A stretch of 64,000 bases of DNA from Macrostomum lignano (Eukaryota): NCBI GenBank assembly GCA_002269645.1, contig NIVC01000459.1, positions 248,001 through 312,000 on the forward strand, read 5' to 3'. How positions within the stretch are numbered: position 1 is the first letter of the stretch; each line of letters opens with the position of its first letter. The notes under the pieces were generated by a model. The model saw only the letters and a list, made by a program, of their open reading frames with translations. It was not told the origin of the DNA and searched no databases. A program made the translations under genes and the position numbers. Shown here in pieces: positions 55,482-64,000 of the stretch.

Positions 55482-57655
55482 GGTACTAATTTGACGCGGG
55501 AAAACTCTCCGGTTACTGATCTGACCGCACGCGAGTTCTTCATTGTGAAGAAAATACAACATATTGACCCTGCAAGCAGAGGACCGTTGTGCAGAGGATC
55601 TTCTGGCTTCTGGCATTCTTGAGCTTCCTGGGCCTTCTGCTAAACACCTGTACCGTCTACATTCGACGCCTGAACAGTCCGAGCGTAAGGTCAGAGTTCC
55701 AAGCGGAAAAGGTTCCATTCGAGTTCCCGATGTCTACTTTTGCAACAGTCTCCAAGCCGCTGGCTCGTTTATCTACCGACCAGCGGCGTCGCCAACGGGG
55801 GGGGGGGGACAGGGGGGCCAATTCTTTGTCCCCCCACTCCACCCTGTGAACCGTTATGGAAATCAATAATTTTTCTGCAGGGCGACAATACATAGTGCTT
55901 GCGGCGCTAAAATGAGTGCCTGCGGCGCTAAAATGAGTGCCTGCGGCGCTAAAATGAGTGCCTGCGGCGCTAAAATGAGTGGCTGCGGCGCCAAAATGAG
56001 TAACCTGCGGCGCTAAAATGAGTGCCTGCGGCGCTAAAATGAGTGCCTGCGGCGCTAAAATGAGTGCCTGCGGCGCTAAAATGAGTGGCTGCGGCGCCAA
56101 AATGAGTAACCTGCGGCGCCAAAATGAGTGCTGACAACACCGATTCTGAAAATAATGTACATGTAAGAATTTTGTCATGTACACGTACTAGTATAATTAT
56201 TGGCTTTGTCCCCCCCCACCATAAAATCCATGGCGACGCCCCTGCTACCGACTGAACAGGTCAGAGGCGGACCAGGTGAACATACCGGTCGATGCTGCTC
56301 AGACTGCATTCGATGCCGCTCTCGGATCTCTGAATGCGTCGGAGAGTGAAAACACAACACTGCGCGAACTTCGGCCAACAAGCTTGATCCAGTCTCTGCC
56401 CTACAGAACTCTGGCGGACATTGTGGGTCAGAGAAAGCTGCAGACATTCTACGGAAACTACGGAATCTTCAGTGCAGGCTCAGATCGCAGTCTGAATTCC
56501 CCGATCGCGGTAGAGACGCTGTTCCACCCGAACCATCTGAAGTGCTTCAAGCTTGCCCTCACCGATGCTGAGTTATCTCGGATGCAGAATACGAACAACA
56601 GATTGCAGCTCGACCTGCTTCTCGATCCTTACTTCTTTGACTTCGATAAGCTTGGCCTGTTTTCAAACCATACAGACCGGCTTCCAACAATGTCTGTTGT
56701 CGTATCTGGTCATCAGATAACATTATATCCATTCGACTGGAACCTGGAGAATCCGATCGGGTTCGATAAAGGCAGCGGAATGTATCTCTACCTGACGCCC
56801 AGAGGTCACTACCCGTCTCGATTCACCTCTAATGTGATCAGCCTGGGTCCCGGTCGAGCCTACGACGTCTCCATCGCAATGCAAGATGCCCAGATGACAC
56901 CGGCGGACTTTCCCGGCCAGTGCGTTGAGAAACACGACGACCCAGTTCTGTTCTTGAACCCGTACAACGGCGCCGCAGATGCGTTCAGCTACAGCGAGGC
57001 TCACTGCTACTATTCGGAGATGGCGAGGGACAGACAGCAGAGGTACAACTGCAGCCCGACACCTGAGCCTACAACCTGGGAGTTTAGACATCTCCCTCTG
57101 TGCCTGAACCTCACAGCGGCTGAAACTGAAGAAGCAATTCATCGAAACATGAAGGCGTCCGTGAAAGCGCGTCTGGATGTCGATGGCGGCAACAGCTCCA
57201 AGTCCGACTCGTGCTCCGCGAAGCGACTGTGCAAGCGACGCGCTGACTCCGTGACGTCATCTTATGGAATGTGGCCGAACCAAGCCAAGTCTCGTTCGTC
57301 ATTTCTGAAATGCACGAGTAAATCGCAGTTCATATGAATCAAAGTTGGCGTTAAAAACACTTCAGCTCTCTGGTAAAGCACTGATACGCGTTCAATTAGA
57401 GACCGGAGTGTCGCGTTGCTTCCATCGAGAGAGTCACATTGAGAAGCAGGTAGAGGCAACTCAAAGCTCTCCGACAGCAGCAGTCTTAACTATACTATCG
57501 GCTTGGTCAGTTCGTCGCGGAAGTTGGCAGTTGCACTTGGCCTTGTATCTTGGCTTGACATCCATGCCATAATTAGCTCTGAATAAATTTACGAGTACAT
57601 GTGTATCAAGTTCTATGAAGCCTATCATCGAGGCTATATCGATGTCTGTCGCTGA
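55482..57655 (+). pseudogene. Intronless DEG/ENaC (amiloride-sensitive channel family) pseudogene
   Basis: TM1 RIFWLLAFLSFLGLLLNTCTVYI, then FEFP/DVYFCN (1-nt frameshift ~55727). Long extracellular ORF with SLGPGRAYDVSI, YSEAHC..YNC, LCLN and C...SYGMWP. TM2 YTIGQFVAEVGS/LYLGLT is split over three frames. A MITE is inserted at 55781. Confidence 0.82.
55781..56244. mobile_element. 464-bp hAT-type MITE with an internal 21-bp minisatellite
   Basis: 14-bp TIR CAG(C/G)GGCGTCGCCA (13/14 match) and 8-bp TSD CTACCGAC (55773-55780, 56245-56252). Internal (GCGGCGCTAAAATGAGTGCCT)n at 55901-56128. Confidence 0.9.
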
Positions 57656-58891
57656 TGCTATATTCATATCTATATGCGTAGGGTCGAATGGTGTAAAACT
57701 TGTGAAAAGGGTTCATTATTATCCAATTCTTAATCAATTACTGCTTATTTTACTCTATTATTGTGTATACGTTTGTGTAAGCTACATTATTGCTTTTTGT
57801 GTAGTACGAGCGTCACTATCATCAGTAAAATATGTCTTCAAATTTTTGTTAGAACAATAATCTAGCGTAGAGGCATATTGCGCAGATTTTTTTACAAAAA
57901 AACAGAAAAAACCTTGAAATTCTCCGTACCTAATAATATGTTTATTTAATTATTTTGTTATAATACTCCTAACTCAATTAGTTTCCTGCGTAATATGAGT
58001 TTCTGTTATAGTGGATTAGAAAGTGCAGCGATATTCTGTCACGGTTTCGTAAATGAAAAAGTGATAACCATGCATATAAATATACTATTCATGTAAAGCC
58101 ATTTTATTGGGAAACTCAAACTTCATCTGTCAATGTGTGTGAAGGTTGCTTCGTAAATGAAATAAATTTTGTCAAATTTTGCAGTTAAATAGAAACATTA
58201 ATCTACTAAAACATGTCATCAGAGAGAATTTACATCAGTTTTGCGTTCATTCTGTTTAATCATCCACTTACAAATTTTATGAGTCTTGTGTCTGACGTAG
58301 ACATAAATAATGGAACTGAATCTTTGTCATGAGTATGAACTTATGACTTGTCAGCACGGTAGCGATTAAGCCGTAATATAGTTAATTGTAGCTTAATTTG
58401 TTATAACGTAATTGCCACGTACTATTTTGAAGGCTCAAGCGATTGTAAGAAAATATACTAAATAAAAAATTTGTTAACTAATTACATGTTACTTTACGCT
58501 CGAATGGCTCTTGAGTTAACATTGCAATGCCAATCTGTTCTGTTTGAGAAAAAGTAACACGACTGAAAAGCCACGAGCAGTCCACAATAGCCAGAAATCT
58601 ATGCTGTATTGGTATAGTGTATAAAAGCACTGTGGACTAAAATATTCCGTAAAATGGCCGAATTCAACTGCTTAGGACTGAAGGCTTTATTGCCCTCAAT
58701 GTTGTCTGTTTTGGTTAAGAATGTATGCTGCAAACAAGGGGCCAGTGAACTGCTCGCGATTAAGATTCTAATAAAATATTATCTAAAGAATCGACAGGAT
58801 TTGCAGCCAAATCGTTAGCAAAACAGCAGCTGACCAGCGGGACAACAACATAAAATCGCTGAAGCAAAGGGAAGAGACAAGGCCGTTTGGC

Positions 58892-60768
58892 TCAGCCGGT
58901 GAGCAGGTAGAAGCACCAGTAGCACAGGTTGAACAGGACGAACAGCGACGGGAAGGCCAGCCTGGAGTACTTGTCAATCTTGTTCACATCCTTGATGCGC
59001 GGCATTCGCGCCCGGATCTGCAACGCCCGCTGTCGTAGCTGCTGCCCGATGACCGCGGCAGCCGCTCGCTGGTGCTGATGCCGCCTGTCGAAGTCGCCCC
59101 CACCAAGGCTGCCAGCGGTTACGCGACGTTGGCGAAGGTAGCTGCGACCAACGCCTGCAATGCCGCCGCCGACGCCTCCGCTGCCGCCGCTGCTGCCGCC
59201 GAGACCAGATCCACTGGCGCCCAGGTAGCAGCCCGGCCGGCTGATGTAGGGCACATGGGGACTCATCGGGTAGACGGGCACGGATGATGGAGGCGGCGGC
59301 TCCGGCTGCTGCTGCTGCTGCTGAGGGCACGACTGAATGCTGGTCTCCTCTTCTCGGCTTTCGTCTTCGCTTTGCTGCTGCTGCTGCTGCTGGTGCAGCT
59401 GCTGATTCAAGCGTCGAATTCGTAGGCCAATTATCGGCGACATGCGCTGATTGTTCAGATCAACGCCCGAGTGCTGCAGAGAGGAGTTTGATGGAGACAA
59501 TCAGAGAACAACTTAGCTGACAGGAAAAGTACTAAGGCATGCGGATGAGGTTACGTTAAGTTAAATCCTTCTTTAAAAGGTTTTAGAGCCCTAATTTTGA
59601 CACTCATGGTGTTTTGGCTACGCACTAAAAAAGCTCTGTGTTCTGAAACCAGACAGATAAAGCCATATGAACGCCGATCTGGCTATACCAATAAGAAACA
59701 CCGTTTCTAGGATCTAAAATGCTGCTTTAGGGTCAGCCAATCCGAGTCCGACTTTATTGGCTAAAAAAAGTTCTCTATACCCCATGTCAGCCAATCAGAA
59801 CCCATCTCGTTGACTCAGACCTTCTTTTCTACTCCCTGTCAGCCAATCAGAGCCCAAAGCTTTGGTTTCGAAAATTCTACTCTACCCAGAAAAGTACGCA
59901 AGCCAATTATAATCCAACTAGTTAAGCTCTCAAATACTTCTAGCTCGTAAAATACTACTAAAACTAAGCCGGTTAAACAGAGAATTTTTTATCCCTAGCA
60001 GGAGGCCTCACCGAGTTGTCAATGAAGTCTCCAGAGCAGTTGCCTCGTGTGTTATTTCCGCTGCTGGCGTCTCTCAACCGTTTGGCCTTCCGCTTGGCCC
60101 TGGCGCCCCAATAAGTGTAATTCACCATGGCGTACTCCAGCAGAGCGGCGAACACAAACACAAAACACATCACCAGGTAAATGTCTATGGCTTTTACGTA
60201 GCTGATACGAGGCAGGGAGGAACGAACGCCTGTGCTGATTGTAGTCATGGTGAGAACGGTGGTGATGCCTGTAGTAATATAGTAACGGAGAAGCAGTTTA
60301 TCGGTAAATTATAAAATGTAACGGCTGGGAACCCGAACTACGAGTAGTTTACCTTGATATGAGTGCAGCTAAATAAAACATTTCCTGATATAATAAAGAT
60401 TTTATCCGCGGTTTTTTTCTCTTACTTATTTCTGCCTAATTTCCAGGGCTATGTGCTCGATTCGAATGCAGTTTTCGACGGATACAATTTACGTATGCTT
60501 CCTATTCGATGCATTCTACAAGAAATCCAAGCAGAAAACGCCCAGAACTACCGTCTCCAATAGTGCTATACTGCTATACTACTACTGCCATGAGTAGCGA
60601 TGCACGCGTACATACCGAGTGCTACGCGAGCCGAAGTTGCCTCGTGATTAATCCAGAATGACACCCAGGACAGCATAACGATTAGAATGGACGGCAGGTA
60701 CGTTTGGAATACAAAGAAGCCAACATTTCTGCGGAGTCTAAAGATGAGCGACAGTCGCTGATAGGAGC
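58892..60768 (-). CDS. Lcch3: Cys-loop GABA receptor beta-like subunit (LCCH3/GAB-1 type), last three exons (TM1-TM4); 5' exons outside the window
   Basis: Exons 60768-60616, 60268-60012 and 59473-58892, phase-consistent. [85 protein letters not shown] and [16 protein letters not shown] closely follow insect LCCH3. Confidence 0.93.
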
Positions 60769-60851
60769 CTGTGGAAAATTGAAAATAAATTAAGTGAAAT
60801 TTCGGAAAACTAGTGTAATAACAGACCTAAAAAAATATATGTAGAGCCTTC

Positions 60852-61175
60852 AGGCTTCAGCCAATAAAATAAGCAATGCGGAGTCGCAGCCCCTTACTCC
60901 CATTTTCTCTACCTCTCCGTGAGTGGCTTCAGCCAATCAGAATTAAGGTCGGGAATGTGGAGTCGTAGCCCCTCACCCCCAAATTTTCTACCCCTCCGTG
61001 AGTGGCTTCAGCCAATCAGAATTAAGGTCGGAAATGCGGAGTCGCAGCCCCTCACCCCCAAATTTTCAACCCCTCTGTGAGTGGCTTCAGCCAATCAGAA
61101 TTAAGGTCGAGAATGCGGAGTCGTAGCCCCTCACCCCTGAATTCTCCTACCCTCGAACCAATAAAAATTTAAGGC
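60852..61175. repeat. 79-bp tandem repeat containing AGCCAATCAG, in GABA receptor intron
   Basis: About 4 copies, with anchors at 60921, 61000 and 61079. Confidence 0.88.
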
Positions 61176-62461
61176 GGATATTGAGTACACTAAGTGCATT
61201 TCAATCCAATTTAAATTAGCTCTACGTACAAAGTTAAAAAGCGATGCCTTACTTCGACTTTTTCATTAACTCGACTCTCTGCGGATGCCATTCGAAAAAA
61301 AGTTCAAACATTTACTCTTGGAAAGTTGTTTTTTGCTGATAACAGTAGCCAAAGATTTTCTAAAACTTTCTTTTATAGTTATCTGGCAGACAAGAAACGT
61401 TATCACGGCTCTGACAAATGAGCAAAGTACAGCTATTATATTTCTGCAACCTGTTTCTTCATCTGTAGGCCCCATTATTTCCTCTCTATCTTCATTTCTG
61501 AAGCACTGTTTATCGCCCTTGTTTGCCAGACGCATCAACACCGCGGGAAACTTTAATGCACTAAACAGATATGGAAACGGGAGCTGAGGCGAAACATCGG
61601 AGAGAAAAAAGAAGCTCCCCTTGGAAAGGAAGCGTGTGATTCTGTCAGGTCTACGTGTTCGCGTTGGGCCGCCCGATTCAACAATTCTCTCTTTCAGTAG
61701 ACTGACTGAAAGTGCCAAAATCCTGGGGGTGGGGGGGGAGGTCGCTCACGCGTCACTCAACAGAGGGAATTGCAAGCCGGGATGGACACAGGAAGAGGTG
61801 GAGGGGGATTTCGGCCGGCCTGCCAGAATGGACTTGGAAACCCTCCGCGCATCGGAGGCCAGCAACAAGCAATTAGCGACCAGAAGCTCGAAGCCCAAAG
61901 GAATCTTAGATCCTCATGCCAGGCCCCCGTGAACTTGATGAAGCGTCAGAAGGGAAAGAGAGAAATGAGGGTAGAAAGCGAGACTTAGGGATTTCCAAGA
62001 AAAGAAAACAAGATTTCCAGAAGCCCCATAGCTGCAATCTGTTCTTGGATTCGATTGCATTGCAAAGCTTCTTCTTTGAAAGTCAATTGGATGAGGGGAG
62101 CTTCTTGGAGAAGTCTTGAAGGGCATGCAGTTGATTGATAATTTTTCTGTTCTGTTTTTTATTGTCCAAAATCTCCGAGCGCGGCTGGGACAGTGGGTGC
62201 AAATCAATCTAAACCAATCACGCACGTAAGGCGTGCCATCGAAGAGGTTGGCACTCATGGGTGTGAATGTCACAACAACCCCGGTCTCAATTTTTCGTGC
62301 CGAGCCTCAAATTAATGGGGCTATACTCACGGAGTCGAACCAGGGGTCGAGTCAGACGCGTTTGGCGCTGAGCTGCTCTGCCTCACTGGGGTGGTTTTCA
62401 TGGCAGTTGGGATTATTGCTGCAGAATCTGGGTAACTTTTGATATGAGTTTATCGTGCTGC

Positions 62462-63045
62462 GATTATCGGGGTGAGATGATCGGGGTGAGATTATTGGAG
62501 TGAGATGATCGGGGTGGCATTATCAGGGAGAGATTGTTAGAGTGAGATAATTGGGGTAAGATTAATTGGGTGAGATTAATGTGGGAGATTATTGGGGTGG
62601 TATTATCGGGTGAGATTGTTAGGATGAGATTATTGGGGTGAGATTATTGGGGAGAGATTATTGGGGTGAGATTATTGGGTGAGATTATTGGGGTGGGATT
62701 ATTGGGGTGAGATTATCAGGGTGAGATTTTCGTGGTGAAATTATCGGTGTGGGATTATTGGAGGAGATTATCGGGGTGAGATTATCGGGGATGAGATTAT
62801 CGGGGTGTAATTATCGGGGTAAGATTATCGAGGTGAGATTAACGATTTGGGATAAATGGTGTGAAATTTTCTAGGTGAGATTATCGAGGTGAGATTATCG
62901 GGGTGAGATTGTCGGAGTGAGATTATCGGAGTGGCATTATCGGGGTGAGGTTATGGGGATGAGTTTGTCCGAGTGGGATAATTATCTTAAATTAACGCGG
63001 GTTAAATTTATTGAGGTCAGATTCTTATAGTGGGAGATTATCGAC
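62462..63045. repeat. Degenerate ~14-bp repeat GGGGTGAGATTATC
   Basis: Tandem diverged units within the long GABA receptor intron. Confidence 0.85.
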
Positions 63046-64000
63046 CGGCAAATTATTATTAATCAAAATTCTGTCGGTTGGTTCTCAGACAAATGAACAC
63101 AATGGAACTTGCTTATGTACAGACATAGGGTAAATAATTAGCAAGTGACCACATACTCTAATTGGAGCGTCTCAAGTCGGCCCCTCACCCCTCAGACCAC
63201 AGGTCACTCGCTTATCTGAGCAATTATCTACTGACTCTCCGACCTGTAGTAGCATCATATCAGTGAAAGCGAGAGATGCATGTGTGCGGCCTTAATGATA
63301 ATAGTATTTTTTAGCTTCTATCCCACTCCGCCGCCAGTCGCGGCCACCGCGCTGTTTCTCTCAGTGACGGAGGGAATCGGCACCGCAAGGACTGCGGCGG
63401 CGGTGGCGGGGTGAGAGAACAGCTAAAATGCGTCGCATTATCGGATTACAGAGCGGCGAGGACACAGGGGCCGGCTATAACATTATTGAATTGCCGTGTA
63501 GAGAGAGAGGGGGGGGGCAAGGGCGCAGCTTGTAAGAGCGGGTAGGCCAGGGCCGGGCAGATTAATATGCTTTAGTTGCCCGGAGGTGCTAGAAGTCTCG
63601 GCAGCTTCAGAAACTTTTCGGCGCAGCGGGATTTTCACTCCCTCCCCAGATATTCTTTTCCTTCAAGCCCGCTCAAGCTTTGTACTTTGAAGTGCCGAGT
63701 GTTTACACAGATATATCCCTGAGGCGGTGGTGCTGAGACATTGTGCCCTAGCTAGCCTCATCTTGTTCCGAAATTCCATCACGTGCTCCGTAGCTGATTC
63801 TGTATAGCGCAGATATTAACTGAACTATGAGAATCCACCCTTTCATCTTTGTTTTCATTTATCCTATTGATTTAATCCCAGAATTTACGTCTGACTCTAA
63901 ACCTAATTCTATTCTTGCCTATACGAGTGTATCCCAGATTCTATTCTTGATTCTATCCACGAGTCTATCCCTGAGTCTATCCCGATTCTATCCTTGATTC

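Noticed and set aside
61266-62442. Several 70-150-aa ORFs in the GABA receptor intron
   Set aside because: No Cys-loop ectodomain, transposase or RT motifs recognised, and no coherent splice phase with the receptor exons.

Overview
Eukaryotic (animal) genomic DNA with GC-rich spliced exons and introns almost entirely filled by locus-specific mini/microsatellites. This architecture resembles the flatworm Macrostomum, but that is an inference and was not verified. I reconstructed genes by hand from GT-AG sites with consistent codon phase. Minus strand: Iroquois homeobox gene (runs off the left edge), an NTPDase/apyrase with an apparent N-terminal ubiquitin-like domain, a single-exon LicD-like nucleotidyltransferase with a 1-nt frameshift, PABPN1, an orphan terminal exon, ADF/cofilin, and the 3' exons of an LCCH3-type GABA receptor beta subunit. 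Plus strand: an unrecognised 2-exon gene, a LIV-1 ZIP transporter, and a frameshifted DEG/ENaC pseudogene interrupted by a hAT-type MITE. The 42-55 kb part is AT-rich and holds a 3.9-kb foldback element with 178-bp tandem units in its arms plus nested MULE-like palindromes. The most striking items are the Ubl-NTPDase fusion and a ~50-copy array of AG|GTGAGT recursive-splice-like sites inside a 5'UTR intron. Most long ORFs in the supplied track are artefacts of tandem repeats.
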